Assembly: GCA_963835575.1 (NCBI GenBank)
Contig: CAWIGG010000005.1
Location: forward strand, 174,206-238,205
Direction of reading: 5' to 3'
DNA length: 64,000 nt
From: an uncultured Spirochaetota bacterium
GTDB taxonomy: Bacteria > Spirochaetota > Brevinematia > Brevinematales > JAOACQ01
Shown here: positions 49,791-58,635 of the stretch, piece after piece
Layout of the letters: each line of letters opens with the position of its first letter
Numbering within the stretch: position 1 is the first letter of the stretch
Made by a program: the position numbers and the translations under genes
The notes under the pieces: generated by a model
Databases searched by the model: none
Told to the model about the DNA's origin: nothing
What the model saw: only the letters and a program-made list of their open reading frames with translations

Positions 49791-50354
49791 ATGAAAGAAG
49801 GCAAGATCATCGTCATATCAGGGCCATCCGGCGTCGGCAAGACAAGCCTTTACAAGCGCCTTCTCAGCGACCTGCCGGATAAACTCCAATTTTCAGTATC
49901 AGCGACGACCCGCAGTCCCCGCTCGAACGAAATAGACGGGATCGATTATTTTTTTATTACAGAAGAAGACTTCCAGAAAAAAATAAAAAACAATGAATTT
50001 GTCGAATGGGCGAAAGTTTATAACAATTACTACGGCACCCTTAAATCGGAGATTACCCGGATCACCCGGGATGGCAAAAACTGCCTCCTGGATGTGGATG
50101 TACAGGGCGGAATGAATATAAAAGAATCACTGCCGGAAAGCACCCTTATTTTCATTATGCCGCCTTCCCCCGAAGAGCTTAAAAACAGGATTACCGGCAG
50201 GCATACCGATGATATAGACACGATCAAGCTGAGGCTTAAAATCGCCGCGAATGAAATGAACTATGCCGATCAATATAAATTCAGGGTCGTAAACGACGAC
50301 ATTGAAAGGGCTTATGCGGAACTGAAAAATCTCGTTTTGAAAAACATCGAGTAA
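49791..50354 (+). CDS. gmk: Guanylate kinase
   Basis: The P-loop is ISGPSGVGKTS. SATTRSPRSNE and YYGT motifs are also present. Confidence 0.9.
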   Translation: MKEGKIIVISGPSGVGKTSLYKRLLSDLPDKLQFSVSATTRSPRSNEIDGIDYFFITEEDFQKKIKNNEFVEWAKVYNNYYGTLKSEITRITRDGKNCLLDVDVQGGMNIKESLPESTLIFIMPPSPEELKNRITGRHTDDIDTIKLRLKIAANEMNYADQYKFRVVNDDIERAYAELKNLVLKNIE

Positions 50355-50377
50355 ACCGAAATCTCCCGCAGGGCCGC

Positions 50378-50660
50378 CAAGGTTTTTACAGGAAGGCACG
50401 AAGACGGGAAGAGTATAGGGCGAAAGTTGATTATATATTGTCACCTTATTATATAAAAAAAGTAATTTCATTATTTAAGAAACCAATAAATGGAATTGGA
50501 AAATAGATGTTTATATAAAAATTCCCAATTGCTTTTTAATGAGTTTACCAATATTATTTCACATTTTATTCGGGTTTTCTTACTTGAAATATTAACTTCC
50601 CTTTTAAAAAGGGGAATTAAACTATTTAAGCATTTCACTGATCTCTTCCCGCCTTCCTGT
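50378..50660. repeat. MITE-like element with ACAGGAAGGC..CGGGAAGAG terminal inverted repeats
   Basis: The left end is acaggaaggc[acgaaga]cgggaagag. The reverse complement of the right end is acaggaaggcgggaagag. The interior is AT-rich. It shares the CACGAAG word with the element at 2055-2271. Confidence 0.5.
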
Positions 50661-50934
50661 GAAATATAAATTTTTTTATAAAAACCTGAGCGGTTTATTC
50701 CACCCTATTCCGACAATTAATTGCAAATTTCCCTATTTAGCTTTAGAATAAAACGCAATATTTTCTTCTGACCCGCTGAGCACATGAGACGCAGAGGCCT
50801 TTTATTTTTCACGCTGAGTCACACACTTTTCCTGATTTTTTTACTTCCCGCCTTTGCACTTATTTATTATATTTAAGCTTGTAATGTTATTTTAATAGAT
50901 ATGAAATTGAAGATTAAAATTGGAGGATATAAAT

Positions 50935-53799
50935 ATGGCAAAATCAAAGACAAAGTACGTTTATTTCTTCGGCGGCGGAAAGGCCGAAGGTGACGGTACG
51001 ATGAAGGAGCTTCTCGGCGGAAAGGGCGCCGGGCTTGCTGAAATGACCGCTATCGGTCTTCCCGTACCAGGCGGATTTACCATCACAACAGAGGTCTGCG
51101 ACCTCTTTTATAAAAACGGCAGAAAATACCCTGACGGCTTAATGGAAGAAGTGGATGGGCATGTGGCCAGGCTGGAAAAGCTCATCGGCAAAAAGCTGGG
51201 CGACCCGAAGGACCCGCTTCTTGTCTCCGTCCGTTCGGGCGCGCCCATTTCCATGCCCGGAATGATGGAAACCATATTGAACCTGGGCCTGAACGACAAA
51301 TCGGTCGAAGGCCTTGCCCAGAAAACCGGGAACAAACGGTTCGCACTCGACGCCTACAGAAGATTTATCATGATGTACGGATCGACGGCCATGGGCATCG
51401 AAAGGGAAAAATTCGACCATGCTTTTGATAAAATCAAGAATGAAAGAACAAGAGGCCGGCTCAATATCCAGTTCGGCAAAAAGGTCAATGACACCGATGT
51501 CAACGCCGCGGAACTGGAAGAGCTCATCAGGAATTTCAAGGAACTCTATAAAAGGGAAATCGGAAAAGATTTTCCGCAGGACCCGAAGGAACAGCTCTGG
51601 GGTTCAGTCAGCGCCGTTTTCGGCAGCTGGATGGCCGATAAGGCCGTGACTTATAGAAGGGTTGAAAAGATCCAGGGCATCGTCGGAACGGCCGTGAATA
51701 TCGTGCAGATGGTCTTCGGGAACATGGGCGATACTTCCGGTACGGGAGTCTGCTTTACACGCGACCCGAATAACGGCGATAACACATTTTACGGCGACTA
51801 CCTGATCAACGCCCAGGGCGAAGATGTCGTGGCCGGCATCAGGACCCCGATTAAATTATCCGATTTCGAAAAGGCCGATCAGAAAGCCTATAAACAGCTG
51901 GTTGAAGTGAGAAAGACCCTCGAGAAGCATTATAAGGACATGCAGGACCTGGAATTCACGGTTGAAGAAGGCACTCTTTACATGCTCCAGTGCCGGACCG
52001 GCAAACGTTCTCCTTTCGCGGCGTTCAAGATCGCCGTGGATATGGTGGACGAAAAGCTTATCTCGAAAGAAGACGCTCTTATGAGAATTAAAGATAAAGA
52101 CATCGAAGGCATTTTTTACCCGATCATCGACCCTTCCCAGAAAGAAGCCCTCAAAGCGAATTTCATTGTATCGGGCATCGACGCCGTACCCGGCGCCGCG
52201 GCCGGAAAGGTCGTCTTTAACGCGAAAGACGCCGAGGACTGGGCCGGAAGGGGCGAGAAAGTGATCCTTGTCAGAAAAGAGACAAGCCCCGAAGACGTCG
52301 GCGGCATGCATGCCGCTGTCGGAATCCTCACCGCCACAGGCGGTAAAACCTCGCACGCCGCTGTTGTCGCGAGAGGCTGGGGGAAATGCTGTATCGTCGG
52401 CTGTGAAAAGCTCGACATCGATTACGGCAGTAAATTATTCAAAGTCGGCGATAAAATCGTCAGGGAAGGCGAAGAGATCACGCTGAACGGCACGACCGGT
52501 GAAGTTTACAAGACCGCTATGAAGCTCATCAAGCCCACGCTGCCGGCTTCCTACAATACAATCATGACCTGGGCGGATGAAACCCGTAAACTCAAGGTCA
52601 GGACGAACGCCGACACGCCTTACGACGCGGCGCACGCCGTGGAACTGGGCGCCGAAGGCATCGGCCTCTGCAGGACGGAGCATATGTTCTTCGACACGGA
52701 GGAAAGACGCGAAGCCATTCAGGAAATGATCGTGGCCGACACCGTGGAAGACAGGAGAAAGGCTCTCTCGAAGCTCCTGCCCTTCCAGAAAGCGGACTTC
52801 AAAGGCATATTCAAGGCGATGGACGGCAAGCCCGTTACCATCCGCTTGATCGACCCGCCCCTTCACGAGTTCGTGCCGCATGACGAGCCCAAGCAGAGGG
52901 AACTCGCGCTGAAGATCGGCGTTCCTTTTGAAAAGGTCAAACATAGAGTTGAACAGCTCCACGAAGCAAACCCGATGCTCGGCCACAGGGGATGCCGTTT
53001 GTGCATCACCTACCCTGAAATCCTGGAGATGCAGGTCACGGCCATCATCGAAGCGGCATGCGAATGCGCCAAAGAAGGTATCGACGTGGAACCGGAAATC
53101 ATGCACCCCCTCGTTATCGATAAAAAAGAACTCAAGATCCTCGAAGTCCAGACAAGGAAGATCGCCGACGCCATCATAGCCCGGAGCGGCAGGCCGGTGA
53201 AATACTTAGTCGGCACGATGATCGAAGTGCCCAGGGCGGCCCTTCTTGCCGACCAGATCGCCGAAGTGGCGGAATTTTTCTCCTTCGGCACCAACGACCT
53301 CACACAGATGACCCTCGGTATGTCTCGGGACGACGCGGGACGCTTCCTGCCGGATTATGTCGACGAAAAGAAGGCCGGCGTCTTCAAGGACGACCCCTTC
53401 CAGTCTCTCGACCAGTCAGGCGTGGGCCTCCTGGTGAAATGGGGCATCGAAAAGGGCCGGAGCACCAGGCCGAACCTCAAGGTCGGCATCTGCGGCGAAC
53501 ACGGCGGCGAGCTCAAGTCCGTCAAGTTCTGCCACAGGGTTGGAATGAACTATGTTTCATGTTCGCCCTTCCGCGTACCGATAGCGAGACTCGCAGCGGC
53601 GCAGGCCGTTATTGAAGACAAGAAGGCTGCAAAGCCCACATCCAAACCGGCGGTTAAGAAAGCACCGGTAAAGAAAGCGGCGGCCAAAAAGCCCGCGGCG
53701 AAGAAGCCGGTTGCGAAAAAAGCGACGGTGAGTAAGGCTGTTAGCAAGAGCGCACCGAAGAAGAAGGCTGCTCCGAAAAAGAAGAGCTCTAGAAAGTAA
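50935..53799 (+). CDS. ppdK: Pyruvate, phosphate dikinase with a C-terminal Lys/Ala/Pro-rich tail
   Basis: The start is MAKSKTKYVYFFGGG (GGAGGA SD). The phospho-His region is GGKTSHAAVVARG and the PEP/pyruvate domain has GLCRTEHMF. The normal family C-terminus is SCSPFRVPIARLAAAQA. A 59-aa extension KKAAKPTSKPAVKKAPVKKAAAKKPAAKKPVAKK... follows (53620-53796). Confidence 0.9.
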   Translation: MAKSKTKYVYFFGGGKAEGDGTMKELLGGKGAGLAEMTAIGLPVPGGFTITTEVCDLFYKNGRKYPDGLMEEVDGHVARLEKLIGKKLGDPKDPLLVSVRSGAPISMPGMMETILNLGLNDKSVEGLAQKTGNKRFALDAYRRFIMMYGSTAMGIEREKFDHAFDKIKNERTRGRLNIQFGKKVNDTDVNAAELEELIRNFKELYKREIGKDFPQDPKEQLWGSVSAVFGSWMADKAVTYRRVEKIQGIVGTAVNIVQMVFGNMGDTSGTGVCFTRDPNNGDNTFYGDYLINAQGEDVVAGIRTPIKLSDFEKADQKAYKQLVEVRKTLEKHYKDMQDLEFTVEEGTLYMLQCRTGKRSPFAAFKIAVDMVDEKLISKEDALMRIKDKDIEGIFYPIIDPSQKEALKANFIVSGIDAVPGAAAGKVVFNAKDAEDWAGRGEKVILVRKETSPEDVGGMHAAVGILTATGGKTSHAAVVARGWGKCCIVGCEKLDIDYGSKLFKVGDKIVREGEEITLNGTTGEVYKTAMKLIKPTLPASYNTIMTWADETRKLKVRTNADTPYDAAHAVELGAEGIGLCRTEHMFFDTEERREAIQEMIVADTVEDRRKALSKLLPFQKADFKGIFKAMDGKPVTIRLIDPPLHEFVPHDEPKQRELALKIGVPFEKVKHRVEQLHEANPMLGHRGCRLCITYPEILEMQVTAIIEAACECAKEGIDVEPEIMHPLVIDKKELKILEVQTRKIADAIIARSGRPVKYLVGTMIEVPRAALLADQIAEVAEFFSFGTNDLTQMTLGMSRDDAGRFLPDYVDEKKAGVFKDDPFQSLDQSGVGLLVKWGIEKGRSTRPNLKVGICGEHGGELKSVKFCHRVGMNYVSCSPFRVPIARLAAAQAVIEDKKAAKPTSKPAVKKAPVKKAAAKKPAAKKPVAKKATVSKAVSKSAPKKKAAPKKKSSRK

Positions 53800-53818
53800 A
53801 CTATAGAATTGATTATAA

Positions 53819-53850
53819 GCCCCGTTTCTGTAAGGGAACGGGGCTTTTTT
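53819..53850 (+). terminator. Rho-independent terminator of ppdK
   Basis: GCCCCGTT-tctgtaaggg-AACGGGGC is followed by TTTTTT. Confidence 0.75.
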
Positions 53851-54055
53851 ATGGCATCTCTTTTTTAATTCATTCGGGGCTTATTGATATCTGACTAACC
53901 TGGTAATTTTACCACAAGGGCACGGAGGGAGTTCTAAAGGTGGGCTACGCCCGGCAGATAAAAGATTTTGATTGAGAATCCTTTCTTGATTTATTAAAAG
54001 CCTTTTGAACGACACCAATTCCACACGATGTTATGATAAAAAGTCAAAAGAAATA

Positions 54056-54084
54056 TTGACGGGTAAGGGAGATGGCATTATACT
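54056..54084 (+). promoter_or_regulatory. Sigma70-type promoter upstream of the orphan ORF
   Basis: TTGACG (54056-54061), a 17-nt spacer, then TATACT (54079-54084). Confidence 0.5.
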
Positions 54085-54120
54085 GCCTGAAATACACAAG
54101 AGGGGGTTAGTGCCGCTGAA

Positions 54121-54690
54121 TTGAGATCAACAAAATATATTATTGAAAGTTTTACTAAAATTTTGAAATATAATCCTCAAATTACTAGTGACTATGATAT
54201 TAAGCATAAATTAGATGTTTCTTTTATTTCAATGGGAGAACCTGTTGGAAATTTTAAATCAGAAAATATAATCATTAATGATGCAAATGAATTAATCGTT
54301 TTTGATGGCAATGATTTTAAATCAAAATTATCTAATATTAGTATTAAGTTTAAAAAAGAAAGTAATTATGATTATGGAATTATATTAAAGATTAATCCAA
54401 AACAATTCCCCAATAGAAATTGGTTTCTTTGTGCTGGTCTAGGAGAATATGGAACCTCTGGAGCAGCATGGTTTCTAAGTAATAAATGGAATCAATTATA
54501 TAAAGAATTTAAAAATACTAATTTTGCTACCATTGTTAAAGTTAAACCAGGGCAAGATGAATCTGCACTCATGGTTTTTGCTACAAATGATAAAAATGAC
54601 TATCGATTAAAAAAACCAGAAGATATAGAAATTATTCTTCCTGATATAGATGTTGAAAATTTAATTCCTAAAATTAAAAAGAAAAAATAA
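54121..54690 (+). CDS. Hypothetical protein encoded in markedly AT-rich DNA (orphan)
   Basis: The ORF is 189 codons with a TTG start in the track; GAGGGGG lies 15 nt upstream, and an internal ATG is an alternative start. I recognise no family. The only conspicuous motif is NWFLCAGLGEYGTSGAAWFLSNKW. Composition is Lys/Asn/Ile-rich. Confidence 0.45.
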   Translation: MRSTKYIIESFTKILKYNPQITSDYDIKHKLDVSFISMGEPVGNFKSENIIINDANELIVFDGNDFKSKLSNISIKFKKESNYDYGIILKINPKQFPNRNWFLCAGLGEYGTSGAAWFLSNKWNQLYKEFKNTNFATIVKVKPGQDESALMVFATNDKNDYRLKKPEDIEIILPDIDVENLIPKIKKKK

Positions 54691-55011
54691 AATTAAGGAA
54701 GATTTCATTAATATTGGCCACCGCATAGCGTTCAATAGCACCTATTACATTGCGGTGCTCGCCGTTAATGACAGATATGGAAAAAACCTTGATTTTTCCA
54801 TTAGTATTCGCCCTGCGTCGGGCAGACTGGAGGAGAAAACTCAGGTCAACCACATATGCTTGTCAAGAACTGTGAGCAGTTCTAAGGCTCTCAAATGTCG
54901 TGTAGCTGCACTGTTAAATGTAATTGGCAAATTTACCTCCCAAAGTGTCCGGCTCATTAGTAATCAAGTTCCCATCATTATTTGCATTCCCGGCAGTAAA
55001 TAAATTATAAT

Positions 55012-56321
55012 TCAAGACCTTTGCACGGTTACTTCATGGAAACATGAGATTAACTTCAATCTATGCCATAATATATAAGTTAAAGAGGTAAAATTATGGC
55101 AATAAAAACAAAGCCGGATAGTTGGGCAGATTACGAGATCAGCTGCCGAAAAGAGAAAAAAGTTACATTTTTAGAACAGATTTTAAGACTGATTAATTGG
55201 ACAAGGATAGAAAGAATTATCAGGAAGAAATACAAAAAGTTCTTCAACGCAGTAGGAAGTCCGGCTTAACCGAGTCTGGCTATGTTCAAAATCCTGTTAT
55301 TACAAACATGGTATGATCTTTCTGATCCGCAGATGGAAGAGGAATTGATTAATAGAATATCTTTTGTCCGCTTTGCGGGCTTATTACTTACGAGCGACGT
55401 GCCTGATCACAGTACCATCTGCCGGTTCAGGAATGAATTGAAGGATTTGGGAGTTTACGAAAAGCTTTTAAATGAAATCAATATACAGTTAGAGGGAAAT
55501 CAAATATTAATCAAGAAAGGCGCAATTGTGGATGCGACAGTGGTGCAATCATCACGCCGTCCGCGCAGGGTTGTGGAAACGGAAAGCATACCGGAAGATC
55601 GCAAAGAGGAAGAAAAGCAGGATGTTTCATATCCGGAAGTCAGCTATTCTGATGATACAGACTCAAAGTGGCTGGTTAAGGGGAAAAAGGTATTTTATGG
55701 ATATAAAGTGCATATGGCGGTAGATGACCGGAATGGTTTTATTCTGGGCGGGCATGTCACAGGAGCGAATGTGTCAGACATGAACGAAATCAAACAGGTT
55801 GTAGAGGAAATCGGATTGAATGAAAAATCATCGGTGGCGGCGGACAAGGGGGAATGCAAGCCAGGATAACCGGGATATGCTTAAAGAGAAGAAGATGAAA
55901 AGCAGAATAATGAGGAAGGCCGCGCGAGGACGGGAATTGACGGAACGGGAAAAAATTTTCAACCGGTTGATTAGCGGATTTCGTTATCTTGCGGAGCAGA
56001 CCATCGGAACACTCAAACATCATTATGGATTTGACCGGATGCGTTATCTGGGATGTGAAAAAGGTGAAATGGAGTTTTATTTAAAAGCGATGGCGTTCAA
56101 CTTAAAGAAAGCCGCAAGAATCTGTTTTGAGGTATAGGGCGAACTGCGTTCAGAATCCCTTTTTCAGCGGGTTAAAGCTGAAAAAAGCCCTAAAGAGGGG
56201 ACCAAAACCCGTAAGGCCGGGGCATTGGCTATAAATGTTATTATTTTGAGTTTAACCCATCCCAAAAATTTTTAATTTATGTCGGATGGCTGGAATTTAT
56301 ATAATTGTGCAAAGGTCTTGA
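55012..56321 (+). mobile_element. Decayed IS5-family insertion sequence (~1.3 kb)
   Basis: A 15-bp perfect terminal IR is present, TCAAGACCTTTGCAC (55012-55026) and its reverse complement (56307-56321). The transposase reading frame is broken twice. Confidence 0.8.
55096..56137 (+). pseudogene. IS5-family transposase with an in-frame TAA and a frameshift
   Basis: The frame from ATG 55096 reads ...FFNAVGSPA-TAA(55267-55269)-PSLAMFKILLLQTWYDLSDPQMEE, where the family normally has Tyr at that position. The frame then changes in the G5 run near 55845-55850, from ...AADKG to NASQDNRDMLKEKKMKSRIMRKA...AMAFNLKKA. Confidence 0.8.
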
Positions 56322-56570
56322 TTTTGATATATCCGTCAAGGAGCTATCTATGAATTTTCTGAACAACTGCTCAATAGAGAAAATCAACGCCGATTCCTTC
56401 AGCATCTCGGACAGCTTTCACCTGTGCCAAGGATTATAAAATTAATATCATAATATTTAAGAAATAGTTATTCTTGTGCCACAGGGAATTTCATTTTTTT
56501 GTCATATCATAAGATAAGCGGCGAATGGTAATATGCCATCCGCCGCTTTTTATTGAATTTTCCCAGGTTT

Positions 56571-58445
56571 TCAATAAGTTGTGCAGGAGCTCCCGTTCAG
56601 GGTGAATACGGCCGGTTTGGAATTCGCGCCGCTGTAGGTCATGTTAAAGCCGAAAGCCTGGGTTCCGCCGTTCGCACCGATGATGTTGTTATAAGATAAA
56701 TTATTTACTGTCACAGTCGCTCCGCTTGATGTCTGTGTGGCGTTCCATATTTGCGTGATCGCCTGATTACCGGCAAAAGTCCAGACCAATGTCCATCCAT
56801 TAACAGCTGTTGCGCTGTTGTTCTTAATGGTCACTGTGCATGTCGCTCCGGCCCCCCAGTCATTATTGACGGTATAGTTTACAGCATAACCGCCGGATAT
56901 GCTGGATGCGGAACTCGAAACGGTGCTGCTGGCAGCGGATGATGCGGTACTTGAAGTCATGCTGGAACTCGCTATGGAAGACACGGCGCTGGAAGAACGG
57001 GAGCTCAGCGCTGATGATGCGATGGAAGCAATGCTGCTGGAGCGGCTGGAGCTCGCCGGGGAGGACGCAATACTCGAGACGGCAGAAGAAACAATGCTCG
57101 ACGACCGGCTGGAGCTTGTCGGCACCGATGAGAGCGTGGATGATGCCATACTGGAATTCCTGCTGGAACTAATGGAGGAGGATGCCGGGCTCGAGGAAGC
57201 GATAGAGCTGCTGGAGGCGCCGCCCGTTCCGGTCACCTTTATCATAACCACTCCATGAGAGGGAACTGAGGCCGAGTAGGAACCGTTGAATGAACCGAGA
57301 TCGGCATGCGCCCAGAGATCACGGACTGACGCGCTGCCGGAAAGCCCGATGTCGGTCCAATTGACCGATATTGCGGCGCTCGAGCTTCCGCGGTTCAATA
57401 AAACCACGGCTTTTTCAGCGCCGTTCATGCTTCCCAGGGGCTTCATCCAGACTTCCAGGTTTCCGTTTGTAATGATCTTATGTCCCTGGATGCCGGCCGT
57501 GTCCTGATCGACGACGACCACTTCATTATTCAGGAGGATATTGGTGATAGTATTGGTCATTGTCCGGATATCGTTGCCGGCGATCAGCGGGGCCGCCATA
57601 ATGGACCAGAGGCTGAACTGGCTTTTGTATTCGTCGTAAGTGCAGCCGGAATTCCCCACTTCCAGCATATCCGGGTCGTTCCAGTGGCCGGGACCGGCAT
57701 TGGAATAGAGCGCCTGATTGACATCGGCGATATTCAGGAAAGAGCCGAAGTTGTCGTTGACATCGCTGGTCGTCCGCCAGAGATTGGCGGCGTCAATCAT
57801 CCAGGGCCCCACATAGTACCAGCAGCAGATGGCGAATACGATGGGGCGGCCGCAATTGGTCAGGCATTGGCTCATCAACTGGTACTGGGTCTGCAAGTCC
57901 AGAGAAGCATTACAGCTGTCTTCCTTCAGGTAATCGACGCCCCAGGAGGCGTATGTCGCAGCATCCTGCGCTTCATGGCCCTGGCTTCCGCTCAGCGGGA
58001 TACCGCCGCATGTCGCCGTGCCGCGGTCGCCGTAAATCCCGAACTTGAGCCCCTTGGAGTGGATGTAATCGCCCAGGGCCTTCATGCCGCTCGGAAAGCG
58101 ATTGGTATCGCCCATCAGATTGCCGTTCGCATCGCGGGCGGGGTTGTTCATCCAGTTATCGTCCAGGATCAGGTAGATATAGCCGGCGTCTCTCATCCCG
58201 GAGCTGACCAGTGCGTCGGCTATCTGCTTGATTTTGGATTCGTCGATAGCGTAGCCGAAGCAATTATAGCTGTTCCATCCCATGGGCGGCGTCAGGGCAA
58301 GCCCGTTTGCCATCCTCGTGCTCATGAAATTACCTTTATCCGGCGCTCCGCCCCCGTTTTCCGTAATGATGCTGCAGCCCAGGGCAAAGAAGAGAAGAAA
58401 GCCGATAGAAGCCGTAAGACCGGAATACTTTAACCATTTTCTCAT
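56571..58445 (-). CDS. Lipoprotein alpha-galactosidase (GH27) - long Ser-rich linker - CBM2 carbohydrate-binding module
   Basis: The lipobox is FFALGCS. GH27 motifs are TPPMGWNSYNCFG, YLILDDNWM and DYLKEDSC. A ~110-aa Ser-rich linker follows. The C-terminal CBM2 pattern runs YAVNYTVNNDWGAGATCTVTIKNNS...NGWTLVWTF...FGFNMTY...FTLNGSSC. Confidence 0.85.
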   Translation of the reverse strand: MRKWLKYSGLTASIGFLLFFALGCSIITENGGGAPDKGNFMSTRMANGLALTPPMGWNSYNCFGYAIDESKIKQIADALVSSGMRDAGYIYLILDDNWMNNPARDANGNLMGDTNRFPSGMKALGDYIHSKGLKFGIYGDRGTATCGGIPLSGSQGHEAQDAATYASWGVDYLKEDSCNASLDLQTQYQLMSQCLTNCGRPIVFAICCWYYVGPWMIDAANLWRTTSDVNDNFGSFLNIADVNQALYSNAGPGHWNDPDMLEVGNSGCTYDEYKSQFSLWSIMAAPLIAGNDIRTMTNTITNILLNNEVVVVDQDTAGIQGHKIITNGNLEVWMKPLGSMNGAEKAVVLLNRGSSSAAISVNWTDIGLSGSASVRDLWAHADLGSFNGSYSASVPSHGVVMIKVTGTGGASSSSIASSSPASSSISSSRNSSMASSTLSSVPTSSSRSSSIVSSAVSSIASSPASSSRSSSIASIASSALSSRSSSAVSSIASSSMTSSTASSAASSTVSSSASSISGGYAVNYTVNNDWGAGATCTVTIKNNSATAVNGWTLVWTFAGNQAITQIWNATQTSSGATVTVNNLSYNNIIGANGGTQAFGFNMTYSGANSKPAVFTLNGSSCTTY

Positions 58446-58635
58446 AATAACAGTTCCTCCTTTTTAAATATCCGCATAAAAAAGTTTTCTATTTATATTA
58501 TAAATCAGCAGGAAATGAGTCATCCCAGACCTGCGGTGCTAATTTAACAGTACCTTGAGTATGGTTTTGTTTTGATAAAATCTGAAGAGAGATTTATTTT
58601 TACATCAAATTTGACAGGCGCATCCAAGTAAGGGA

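Noticed and set aside
24265-53303. Other sizeable overlapping ORFs: 24265-24792, 27581-28123, 27817-28269, 41183-41950, 45116-45766, 52435-53106, 53010-53303
   Set aside because: Each overlaps, in another frame or strand, a gene with unambiguous conserved motifs (TPR protein, hisF, GH94, plsX, ppdK). None has recognisable features of its own.
54755-55003. An 82-aa plus-strand ORF between the orphan gene and the IS
   Set aside because: It has no SD and an implausible composition. The region looks like a scrambled remnant, since protein-like fragments appear on the other strand.
56350-56439. A 29-codon ORF (MNFLNNCSIEKINADSFSISDSFHLCQGL) with an AGGAG SD just outside the decayed IS
   Set aside because: It is too short to evaluate, has no partner genes (such as modification enzymes), and could be a chance ORF created next to the IS end.
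56751-58467. Long plus-strand ORFs (317 aa, 119 aa, 88 aa and others) opposite the GH27-CBM2 gene, including the acidic LE/AE-rich ones
   Set aside because: These are antisense artefacts of a GC-rich gene and of its Ser-codon-rich linker. The minus-strand product has clear family motifs.
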